The notes beneath the pieces were generated by a model. That model made no database searches. It saw only the letters and a program-made list of their open reading frames with translations, and was not told the DNA's origin. Shown here one piece after another: positions 20,551 through 29,190 of a stretch of DNA of 64,000 nt. The position numbers and the translations under genes are program-made. Within the stretch, counting starts at the first letter, position 1; each line of letters begins with the position of its first letter. This DNA is from a virus (Duplodnaviria; Caudoviricetes): positions 47,589-111,588 of IMG/VR virus record IMGVR_UViG_3300027973_000031. One strand, 5' to 3'.

Positions 20551-21059
20551 ATATCTTTGCTATTGAAGGTGATGAAGCGACGGGTAAGATCGATTGGTAT
20601 AAGTCGGGTAGAACACAAGACAATCTACGGACAGTTAAAATGCTTCTCGAAAGCACTCAACTTCTTTCTTCTGCCATGCACCTAAATGGTATGGAAGGTT
20701 GTTATAAGCTTAACCATGCAAAGCATCCTTCTACACTGTGGACGGCTGAGAGTTCGGATAACTGGGTAAATCTTTATATCCATGCTATGGCGCTCAATCA
20801 GGAGTATGAAGAGCGTTTTTGCAAAGAGCATAAATGTAAAGCTCGTTTATTGGAGATGCAGAATAAGGTAGATCTAAAAAAGTTTCCAATATCTTCAGCA
20901 ACACCTTTAAAATTGGCAATGCCAGAAGAATTTAAATCAAACAACCCAGTTAAATCATATAGAGATTTTTATTCTACCAAAGATAAAATGCGTTATCCAA
21001 AAGATAAGATTCCAGATTGGTTTACTACACGAAGAAAGATCCCATTCATAATCGTATAA
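20547..21059 (+). CDS. Pyrimidine-dimer DNA glycosylase-like protein
   Basis: MNIF...VKMLLESTQLLS...HPSTLW...AMP...V.SYRDFY family pattern. Confidence 0.6.
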   Translation: MNIFAIEGDEATGKIDWYKSGRTQDNLRTVKMLLESTQLLSSAMHLNGMEGCYKLNHAKHPSTLWTAESSDNWVNLYIHAMALNQEYEERFCKEHKCKARLLEMQNKVDLKKFPISSATPLKLAMPEEFKSNNPVKSYRDFYSTKDKMRYPKDKIPDWFTTRRKIPFIIV

Positions 21060-21077
21060 TCAAATAGACCCTTTATG

Positions 21078-21110
21078 AGCCACTGAACTATTTAGTTTGG
21101 TGGCTTTTTT
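21078..21110 (+). terminator. Intrinsic terminator with the late motif in its loop
   Basis: AGCCACTGAAC-TATTTA-GTTTGGTGGCT followed by a T-run. Confidence 0.75.
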
Positions 21111-21127
21111 CTTTGGAGGGTTTGAAT

Positions 21128-21478
21128 GTGACTTTACCCATTATAATTGAAAATTCAAAGGTTCCCGGATTCTTATCTAAATTTGCTAATGCAAACTATG
21201 TAGCAGTTTCATTTGCTATCTTTATTTTTTTTAAATATGAAAGGGTTGAACAAGTTTGGAGACACGAAATGATCCATTATAGACAACAAAAAGAAATGTT
21301 GTTTATAGGTCAGTGGTTAATGTATGCTTATTATTATCTTGTTGGTCTTTATAAATATAGAGATAGATATAAAGCATATAGAGAGAACCCATTTGAGAGA
21401 GAAGCATACGCCAATCAAGAAGACCCAATCTATTTAATTAAGAGAAAGAAATATGCTTGGAAAAATTACAGGGGATAA
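21128..21478 (+). CDS. HExxH zincin-like (DUF4157-like) protein
   Basis: RHEMIHYRQQ and YRENPFEREAY; GTG start after GGAGG. Confidence 0.65.
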   Translation: MTLPIIIENSKVPGFLSKFANANYVAVSFAIFIFFKYERVEQVWRHEMIHYRQQKEMLFIGQWLMYAYYYLVGLYKYRDRYKAYRENPFEREAYANQEDPIYLIKRKKYAWKNYRG

Positions 21479-21481
21479 ATA

Positions 21482-22768
21482 ATGGATAATCAACAAGTTC
21501 CAAAAGCTGATAGCAAATTCCAAAAAATAGTAAGAGCTAATTATAAAAAATGGAAGATTCGCTTATTATCAAAAGGTGGACAAAAAGCAGATTCTGGCGG
21601 TAGTCCGTATAAAGAGAAGCCAGATTATAAAATGGGTAAATCAGCTCCTGACATGTTAGACGAAGAAGAACAACTAAATGAAATTATTGTCAAGAGAGGT
21701 GATAAATTTTGTTTAGTTTCAAAGAGTAAAACTAAAGAAGGTAAAAGAAAGAGCCTTGGTTGTTATCCTTCTAGAGAAGGAGCAGAGAATAGAGAAAAAC
21801 AAGTTCAGTATTTTAAACACCTTAAAGAAGAAATATTAAAAACTCTAGAAGAAGTTTTGCAAGAAGAGAAAAAGAAAGACGATCGTTGTGTTCGTATAGC
21901 CAAGAGAAAATATAAAGCTTGGCCTTCTGCCTACGCTTCTGGTGCTGTTGTAAAATGCCGCCAAGGAAAAATATGGAAAGGTGTTAGTGAAGGAACGGAA
22001 GAATTAGATGAGGAATGGTCAGAAAAATACAAGAAATCAATAGATTGCAAACATCCAAAAGGATTCTCTCAGAAAGCACATTGCCAAGGTAGAAAGAAAA
22101 ACGAAGAAATTCAGCTAAATGAAAAATGCTGGGAAGGTTATACTCAAAAAGGTATGAAAACAATGTTTGGAAAAGAATATCCAAACTGCGTAAAGAAAAA
22201 AAACGAAGCAAAAGATCCAAAAGTTGGAACAGGTAAAAAACCGGAAGGTTCGGATCGTCGCTTATACACTGACGAAAATCCAAAAGATACTGTAAGTGTA
22301 AAATTTTCTACAGCAGAAGATATAAGAGATACTTTATCAAAAGAGTCTTTTAAATCAAAACCACATGCTCGTCAATCACAAATTATTAATCTTATTCACC
22401 AAAGAGTTCGTGCTGCATATGAGAATGCTAAAGATCCAGAGGTTAAGTCCAGATTAAAAACTGCTCTTGAGTACGCTGAAAAAAGAAAAGAGGCATCTAA
22501 GAAAAAAACAAAAGCAATGAAAGAACTTGATGAGCGTAAACTTGGTAAACCATCAAGTGAAACCAATCTAGGTGATTGGTTTAAAAGAAAAGGTACCCCC
22601 GGTAAAGGCGGTGGTTGGGTAGACTGCAACACTTGTCGTGATGGAAAGTGCAAGCCTTGCGGTAGACAGGAAGGTGAAAAGAGAAGCAAATATCCTCGTT
22701 GCCGTCCAACACCTTCACAATGCAAAGGCTACAAGAGAAGAGGCGATAATCTTCAAAAAGAGGAATGA
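21482..22768 (+). CDS. Modular Lys/Glu-rich putative capsid-internal protein
   Basis: A string of short Cys-containing modules (WPSAYASG, SIDCKHPKGFSQKAHC, CWEGY..KG, PRCRP) separated by LxE motifs. Confidence 0.55.
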   Translation: MDNQQVPKADSKFQKIVRANYKKWKIRLLSKGGQKADSGGSPYKEKPDYKMGKSAPDMLDEEEQLNEIIVKRGDKFCLVSKSKTKEGKRKSLGCYPSREGAENREKQVQYFKHLKEEILKTLEEVLQEEKKKDDRCVRIAKRKYKAWPSAYASGAVVKCRQGKIWKGVSEGTEELDEEWSEKYKKSIDCKHPKGFSQKAHCQGRKKNEEIQLNEKCWEGYTQKGMKTMFGKEYPNCVKKKNEAKDPKVGTGKKPEGSDRRLYTDENPKDTVSVKFSTAEDIRDTLSKESFKSKPHARQSQIINLIHQRVRAAYENAKDPEVKSRLKTALEYAEKRKEASKKKTKAMKELDERKLGKPSSETNLGDWFKRKGTPGKGGGWVDCNTCRDGKCKPCGRQEGEKRSKYPRCRPTPSQCKGYKRRGDNLQKEE

Positions 22769-23301
22769 TGATAAAAATAATACTTGAATCAAAAAAGAAA
22801 TATGTCCAAGTTCCTCTGCCTGTAAAAAATACAGATCTTGAACCTGTTATGTCTTCTGATACAATTGATTATCATTATGGCTCACTTTATAAAGGTTATG
22901 TTGATAAATCTAATAAAGGTATTGGCGGCGAATTCCAGAAAGCAGGAGCCTTTCTTCACAACATTTGGTTCTCTCAGTTTAAAAAACCATCAAATCAAAA
23001 ACCAGATGGTTTATTTCTTGAACTTGTAAATAGAAAATATGGTTCTTATTCTTCTTTTCAAAAAGAACTCAAAGAAGTTGCAATGAAAATTCAAGGTTCT
23101 GGTTGGGTTTATATGGACAAGAACGGCAATATAAAGACCATTACAAACCACGAAATAAAACCCGACATTATCTTATTAATTGATTGGTGGGAACACGCTT
23201 GGGCATTAGATTATCAGGCAGATAAAGAAGAATATTTAGATAATATCTATAAAGTTATTGATTGGAATGTTATAAATGCCCGTCTGTCAACGGAGAAATA
23301 A
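22765..23301 (+). CDS. Fe/Mn superoxide dismutase
   Basis: LEP.MS..TIDYH, FLHNIWF, QGSGW and DWWEHAW. Confidence 0.9.
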   Translation: MMIKIILESKKKYVQVPLPVKNTDLEPVMSSDTIDYHYGSLYKGYVDKSNKGIGGEFQKAGAFLHNIWFSQFKKPSNQKPDGLFLELVNRKYGSYSSFQKELKEVAMKIQGSGWVYMDKNGNIKTITNHEIKPDIILLIDWWEHAWALDYQADKEEYLDNIYKVIDWNVINARLSTEK

Positions 23302-23933
23302 TGTCTTATCTTAATCACAATATACCAACCATAACCTGTTATATAAGAAACGAATACTTATTTAATCACGAAAAAGGACATGGAGAATTTTCTTTATGTG
23401 ATGTTCACTCTGTCGCATCAATGGAAAAGAGATCTCCTTTGTTTGAAGCTTTCCTAGAAAATGGCGTAAATTGGACAAGAAGACCAATCTCTGCTTTTTG
23501 CTGGAAGAAAGATGCTCCCGTAAGAAAACTAGAAGAACATATTTATTGGGACTGTTTTAGTCCTTACATAGATGTGCAAGTTAGAAATAGATTAGCTGGC
23601 TTAAAAGCTCAATTGATCGATTACAAAGGCAATAAACATTTGGGTCAATATATGTTTACGCTTGATTGGTCGTGGGAAAATAAATCTGGTAATATGGATA
23701 CTAATTTTAGTGAAACACCAGAGCATAAGTGTGGTCACTTATTTAAGATGGATGAAGGAAATTTTTTTGTTTATCCAAATAATAGGATCATTTGGTATGA
23801 TGATGCTTGGACAAAGGATAGAATAAAAGGAAATCCTGGCTATAAAATTGATATGACAGTTTATTCTGTTGAAAATAAAAGAATGTATGAAACAGATGAA
23901 CAATATTTTACAGAATTTTCCAAAGCTAAGTAA
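23301..23933 (+). CDS. Conserved phage hypothetical protein
   Basis: GGAG RBS; motifs EHKCGH and YPNNRI.W.D. Confidence 0.6.
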   Translation: MSYLNHNIPTITCYIRNEYLFNHEKGHGEFSLCDVHSVASMEKRSPLFEAFLENGVNWTRRPISAFCWKKDAPVRKLEEHIYWDCFSPYIDVQVRNRLAGLKAQLIDYKGNKHLGQYMFTLDWSWENKSGNMDTNFSETPEHKCGHLFKMDEGNFFVYPNNRIIWYDDAWTKDRIKGNPGYKIDMTVYSVENKRMYETDEQYFTEFSKAK

Positions 23934-23957
23934 CTATTTAGTGTTGAGGCTAAATTA

Positions 23958-26054
23958 ATGATAATTAATAAAAACAAAACTTTTAGAGATCCAAGGTACT
24001 TCTTACGAGAGCAAGAAGAGGAACAAAAAGAACCAGTTGCTCAAGTACAAATTGGAGCCGCTAAAGCTTTTTCGCCTGATACTGGCGATCCAAATGAATC
24101 CGTATTAGGATTTAAACCAGGAACAGATCAACCTAGCTTAAATGGTGCTGGCGCAGTAGTTGAAAGAGCGAGATCTGTCGTAGGAAAGGGTTGGACTTAT
24201 TCTTTAACTGGATGTCCAGAATGTAGAGGAAATGAAAAAGATCCAAAACCAGATCCAAGATTAGTTCCAATGGGATCTTCTGGGGCCACATGTGACTGTT
24301 CTGGATATGTATCTTGGGCTTATGGATTTGGTCAAAAATCACTTCCAGGAAATGGTAAGTTAGGTGACTATCTCAAAAACGAAGTATTACATCCACAGCC
24401 TGGAGATATAATTGCCAGAGGTAATTTACCTACAACAAACTATCCTCACTTCGGTATTGTTACAGCGGTTAATCCTCCAAATGCAACAGATAAAATGATA
24501 AATGATGGTCAGGCAGATGTTTCTGTAGTTCATTGTTCATCAAAAAATGGCCCAATAGAAGTTGAAAACGCAATTAAAGGAGGATGGGCTGGTCCTTTTA
24601 AAGAAAGAGTTCCTGTGGCTTTTTTTAGACCACAAGAATTAATGAATAATAAATTTTTATCTGCAGGGTCTGTACAACAACAGAGCCAACAAGTAGTTTC
24701 GCCAAAACAGGTGGCAAAGGAAAATAAAATGAGAGTCAATAAATGGGACATTTTAATGCATCGTCTTCTAACAGAAAAGAAGGAAAAAGAACTTAAAGAA
24801 AAAAGATTTGCAGGCAAAAAAGAGCTTGACAAAGATGGCGATGGAGTCCCAAAATGGGCAGACAAAGATGATTCTGATTCCAAAGTTGGCTCAAAGAAAT
24901 CTTCTAAAAAGAAAGGTGGAAAAATACCTCCTCAATTAAAGATGCATATCAAGAAAAAGAAAAACAAACTTGATGAAGCAATCGAAAAACTAGAAAATAT
25001 TTTAATAAACGAACAAGTATCTGTAATTGATAACGTAGAACAACATGAACATTTTGATTATGATAGCGGAGATATAGAAGCCTATATAAGATTTGCAGTA
25101 CCTACTGACATTAATTTTAAAAGAATGGTGAACGATAAAATAAGATCTGGTGAATTTACCCCAAAACAAGATGTTGCAAGTTCTCCAGAGTATCAGTATT
25201 GGGTTGAACAGGTAAAAGATTTAAATACAAAGTTATCAAATGTTTCAAAAGTTAAGAAAGTACAGAGTGATTTAGTTATTGTTGTTATTGGAGATTCTAA
25301 AGAACCAATCTTACAATTTAAAGATAAGATAGAAGAAAACAAACAAGAGGTAGATAAATTAGGCGGGAATTATTTAATTGTTAAAGGTTCTGGAGTTGTA
25401 GGTGACTTTAGCAAAAAGCCATTAGAAAAAGGCGAAATGAATAAGTATGCCATTAGCTTCGGACTAAAAAAACTTACTGATCAATCATTTATTGAAAATG
25501 ATGAAGAAATTAGTGCTCCTGGTTCTATTAGTGGTGGAAGAGTTGAAGAGATCATTAAAAGAATAGAAAAAATGCTTTTAGAAGAATTAACCGATTCTGT
25601 TTTTCAAACAGATATTAATCCACTAGATGAATACGGCGATGATAGACATCCTCCTATTGGGGATGACTATGACGATGATGATGATTTTGAAGATGATGAT
25701 GATATGGATTTAGATGATGAAGATGATTATGACGACGAAGAAGATTTTATGGAAGAAGGTGTAGAATATCTATCTGAAGCAGAAGTAAAAAAGAAAAAAC
25801 CAAGACTCGGTAAAGTAACTCGTAATCCATCTGGCTCAAAGAAAAAGTTTCATGTCTATGTTAAATGCGGTGGAAGAGTAAAGAAAATCTCATTTGGAGA
25901 TCCAGGATTATCAATCAAGAGAGATTCTCCTGCTCGCAGAAAGAACTTTAGAGCAAGACACAAGTGTGACAAGCCAGCAGGCAAAGATCGTTGTACAGCC
26001 CGTTACTGGAGTTGCTACCAGTGGAGAGCTGGCAAAAAAGTAGAAGGCGAATAA
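23958..26054 (+). CDS. NlpC/P60-type peptidoglycan hydrolase domain fused to acidic/basic modules
   Basis: CDCSGYVSWAYG, PQPGDII, HFGIV and VVHCSS; ACTATTTA at 23933. Confidence 0.7.
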   Translation: MIINKNKTFRDPRYFLREQEEEQKEPVAQVQIGAAKAFSPDTGDPNESVLGFKPGTDQPSLNGAGAVVERARSVVGKGWTYSLTGCPECRGNEKDPKPDPRLVPMGSSGATCDCSGYVSWAYGFGQKSLPGNGKLGDYLKNEVLHPQPGDIIARGNLPTTNYPHFGIVTAVNPPNATDKMINDGQADVSVVHCSSKNGPIEVENAIKGGWAGPFKERVPVAFFRPQELMNNKFLSAGSVQQQSQQVVSPKQVAKENKMRVNKWDILMHRLLTEKKEKELKEKRFAGKKELDKDGDGVPKWADKDDSDSKVGSKKSSKKKGGKIPPQLKMHIKKKKNKLDEAIEKLENILINEQVSVIDNVEQHEHFDYDSGDIEAYIRFAVPTDINFKRMVNDKIRSGEFTPKQDVASSPEYQYWVEQVKDLNTKLSNVSKVKKVQSDLVIVVIGDSKEPILQFKDKIEENKQEVDKLGGNYLIVKGSGVVGDFSKKPLEKGEMNKYAISFGLKKLTDQSFIENDEEISAPGSISGGRVEEIIKRIEKMLLEELTDSVFQTDINPLDEYGDDRHPPIGDDYDDDDDFEDDDDMDLDDEDDYDDEEDFMEEGVEYLSEAEVKKKKPRLGKVTRNPSGSKKKFHVYVKCGGRVKKISFGDPGLSIKRDSPARRKNFRARHKCDKPAGKDRCTARYWSCYQWRAGKKVEGE

Positions 26055-26058
26055 TAAA

Positions 26059-26367
26059 ATGAATTACAAAGAAATAAATGATAAGTGGAAAGTATTCTTG
26101 ACGGAAAACGCCTTCAAGGAAGATATTGTTATCAAACAAGGAAAAGACAAAAAAAAGAAAGATAAGAAAGAAATAATTGTTTCTGAGAAAGATGATGTAA
26201 ATGAGTGGGAAGAGTTGCAACAAGATGAAGCTGTTATAAATGAACCATCTGGTGCGGAAGGATATGATGATAAATCGTTAGAAGAAATGTCTGCTATGTC
26301 TGGCGGAGCAGTTCAAGGATATGCAGGAAACGCTTTTGCTCCTAAAAAGAAAATCAAACCTTATTGA
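26059..26367 (+). CDS. Small putative virion protein
   Basis: WKVFLTEN leader and LEEMS motif. Confidence 0.5.
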   Translation: MNYKEINDKWKVFLTENAFKEDIVIKQGKDKKKKDKKEIIVSEKDDVNEWEELQQDEAVINEPSGAEGYDDKSLEEMSAMSGGAVQGYAGNAFAPKKKIKPY

Positions 26368-26392
26368 CAGATAATCTAACATGACCTATCAT
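26364..26392 (+). promoter_or_regulatory. Sigma70-type promoter
   Basis: TTGACA-N17-TATCAT. Confidence 0.7.
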
Positions 26393-26415
26393 AGACAGAC
26401 ACTTCAAGAGGTCTT

Positions 26416-27093
26416 ATGAAAGTCAATTTAATTTCCTATACAAAACCAGCCGGTATTTTAGAAGAGTCAGATGTTAAAACTTTAACAGATTTGGTTGCTT
26501 ATTGTGCAAGAGTTTCAAACCCAACAAATCAAATGAACTCTGCAACATCAGAAAAATTAATCAAATATCTTATAAAGAATCGTCACTGGAGTCCGCTTGA
26601 GCAAGTGGACGTAACAATGGAGATTGAAACAACAAGAGATATTGCTCGTCAAATGTTGCGTCATCGTTCATTTAGCTTCCAAGAATTTAGTCAGCGATAT
26701 GCTGATGTATCTTCTTTTGGAGATATGTTTGAATATTCGGAAGTAAGACTGCAAGACCCAAAGAATCGTCAAAACAGTTTAGTTGGCGCAGATGAAGAAT
26801 TGAGAATCTATTGGGAAGATATGCAGCGTGCAGTAATTAATACTTGCCAAGAGGTATACAAAAAAGCTCTTGAAAGAGGCGTTGCCAAAGAAGTTGCTCG
26901 AAAAGTCCTGCCCGAAGGTCTGACCAAATCACGAATGTATATGAAGGGTTCGTTACGTTCTTGGATTCACTATCTCGAAGCCCGTGGTGAAGGTTCTGGC
27001 ACGCAAAAAGAACACACGCTCGTTGCACAAGAGATTGCCAAAGTTATCTCTCAACTATTCCCTGTTTCTGAGGAGTTAAAAAATGAGCTATAA
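26416..27093 (+). CDS. thyX: Flavin-dependent thymidylate synthase
   Basis: HWSPLE, RQMLRHRSFSFQEFSQRY and QKEH. Confidence 0.95.
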   Translation: MKVNLISYTKPAGILEESDVKTLTDLVAYCARVSNPTNQMNSATSEKLIKYLIKNRHWSPLEQVDVTMEIETTRDIARQMLRHRSFSFQEFSQRYADVSSFGDMFEYSEVRLQDPKNRQNSLVGADEELRIYWEDMQRAVINTCQEVYKKALERGVAKEVARKVLPEGLTKSRMYMKGSLRSWIHYLEARGEGSGTQKEHTLVAQEIAKVISQLFPVSEELKNEL

Positions 27094-27280
27094 AAAGATT
27101 TATGACGGCAAAATTCATCTTTCACCAGTTAGTCTATCGGAAGAACTAAAAAAGGTTCCATCTTCAATTAGTCTGACTGACATAAAGATAGTTCCTGTCT
27201 ACAATGTCCAATCAAATGGTGGATCAGAATTAGTTGGTTTTAAGTTCGTTGCTTATAGCGAGGTGCCAGACGATTTTTGA
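27083..27280 (+). CDS. Hypothetical protein
   Basis: GAGGAG RBS; translationally coupled to neighbours. Confidence 0.55.
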   Translation: MSYKKIYDGKIHLSPVSLSEELKKVPSSISLTDIKIVPVYNVQSNGGSELVGFKFVAYSEVPDDF

Positions 27281-28152
27281 TGAATACACTTAAAGAACAC
27301 GTTTATGAATTTGATGAAGTGGTCGTTGGCCTAACCGTTTCATCTCTTTTATACTCTTACATTTTTAATCTACCTATTGTTTATAAGTACCGAAACAATC
27401 CAAGGTTCTTTGAGTTTATTGATAATTCAGTAAACTTAACGAAGATTGGTATTATGAAGGATAATAAACAACTGAACTTTCCAAAGGGTAAGCTAGTTAA
27501 GTCTTATTCTAAGAAGAAAGTGATGGATCATTTATTTATGATTCAGTCACTTTGTGGTAATATCCCTTTTAAAGATTCTATTTCTGATATCCGTCTGGAT
27601 GAAGAAGAAAAGATCTTAAAGATTACCACGAAGAATCAACGACTATTTCGTTATAAATTTAATAAATTAAGAGTATTTGATACAAGAGGTTTGAGTTTTC
27701 TGAAACCAACTGGAGAGTCACAAGACAAACATTATGTATTAGATGAATTCAAAATTAAAATAAAGAATGATAAATTCTACCACATAATTCCAAGAGAAGG
27801 TGAATTTCCAAAAAACATTTATATTTCTTCTGACAAGAAAAGATTGATGGCTCACTCTTTATTAACTCCTGGTGAAATGGCTCTGCCTGATTTTTCTTCT
27901 TTCTTTATCCAGAAATCTGTTGAAAGAGAGCTTGATTTAAATAATATTAAAGCTAAGTTAGAATGGATAAACAGACACTACGAAGATAAAGATAAAGACA
28001 CTTATGAAGAAAAAGACTGGTTGATTATCGATCAGAGAAATGAAGAGGAAGTATGGAAGGACAGAAAAATAAATACGTATCACACATGGTTGGGATCATT
28101 CCGATCCAGAATGGTCCAACGAATGATGGACTCCCTTGGCCAAAAGCCCTAA
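27277..28152 (+). CDS. Hypothetical protein, degenerate Rossmann-like N-terminus
   Basis: YEFDEVVVGLTVSSLLYS resembles a FAD-binding beta-alpha start lacking the full GxGxxG. Confidence 0.45.
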   Translation: MMNTLKEHVYEFDEVVVGLTVSSLLYSYIFNLPIVYKYRNNPRFFEFIDNSVNLTKIGIMKDNKQLNFPKGKLVKSYSKKKVMDHLFMIQSLCGNIPFKDSISDIRLDEEEKILKITTKNQRLFRYKFNKLRVFDTRGLSFLKPTGESQDKHYVLDEFKIKIKNDKFYHIIPREGEFPKNIYISSDKKRLMAHSLLTPGEMALPDFSSFFIQKSVERELDLNNIKAKLEWINRHYEDKDKDTYEEKDWLIIDQRNEEEVWKDRKINTYHTWLGSFRSRMVQRMMDSLGQKP

Positions 28153-28991
28153 CTCCTCTTTATAACAATTATACAGCTCTCCATAGAAGCATCTTGGAAT
28201 GTGCTATGGTGGGCTGTTCTTCTATTTGGGTCGTGGTAGAAAAGAGATATATTCCGCTTATGAAATCTGTGGTTGGTAGTTATGTGGAAGATCCAATCCT
28301 CGCTCAATTGCCGGTTGAATTTAAAGATAACTTCACAATGAAGATCCCTATTTGGTATGTCTCGCTTCCAGTAAGAGATTTGGGAAGAAGAGATTGTTAT
28401 GGTAGAAGTATTTTAGCAGGAGTAGAATATGCCTCAAATACTGCTGGTAGGTTATCTGATAAGCTAAGACCCGAGAAATTCTATGTATCATTTCCAGAGT
28501 CTGTATACTCACCGTGGATTCTTCAAAAACACAGAAAGAGCGTAAAGAGCGTTAGCAAAAATTTATTTCTAACAATAGAGAATAAATCCATTAAAGATGG
28601 AATCCCAGTTGGGTTTTCTATGTTCGTGGAAGATTATGACAGATATAAGAAAGATTTTAGAACGATGGATCAAGGAGCTTGGATGGGGACAACCCTTAAA
28701 GATCTTAAACGACGACCAATAGAAGATAGAAATACAGCGTCTAAACTGACGCTTGACGAAGTATTCAGGTCTGCTACACTAGACGGTGCAGTAGTCCAAG
28801 ATTTGACCAATGCATATAACATATCAACTTGGGAGGGTTATGCTAAATACATGGCGTCCAACAAGTTCTACAAAATGCCAAAGAAGGTCAAGTATTTCAG
28901 ATACAATAAGATGAAAAACTTGGAAACTAGATTAATAGATTGTGGAGATTACAATGATTACAGTTCCGAAGATACATTTAGAGAGGCTTGA
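28053..28991 (+). CDS. Nucleotidyltransferase-like (NTP_transferase fold) protein
   Basis: VGIIPI...PKALTPL......HRSILEC...GCSSIWVV. Confidence 0.5.
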   Translation: MEGQKNKYVSHMVGIIPIQNGPTNDGLPWPKALTPLYNNYTALHRSILECAMVGCSSIWVVVEKRYIPLMKSVVGSYVEDPILAQLPVEFKDNFTMKIPIWYVSLPVRDLGRRDCYGRSILAGVEYASNTAGRLSDKLRPEKFYVSFPESVYSPWILQKHRKSVKSVSKNLFLTIENKSIKDGIPVGFSMFVEDYDRYKKDFRTMDQGAWMGTTLKDLKRRPIEDRNTASKLTLDEVFRSATLDGAVVQDLTNAYNISTWEGYAKYMASNKFYKMPKKVKYFRYNKMKNLETRLIDCGDYNDYSSEDTFREA

Positions 28992-29190
28992 TCCAATCAA
29001 GATTTATAACTTTCTACGTATAGCAGATACGAATGGCGTAGGATACGCTACAAATTATTATTTACTTACGGCTGACCAAAAAATGTTTGTTGATGCTTTG
29101 GTAAAAGCGAGCGAAGAAGTTATTTTGCAACAAGTAGAAATATACAACGAAGAACTCGGTTACTTCGAAGAGGATTATAATGACAATTAA
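28942..29190 (+). CDS. Hypothetical protein
   Basis: Short ORF coupled to dnaE; start uncertain. Confidence 0.45.
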   Translation: MEITMITVPKIHLERLDPIKIYNFLRIADTNGVGYATNYYLLTADQKMFVDALVKASEEVILQQVEIYNEELGYFEEDYNDN

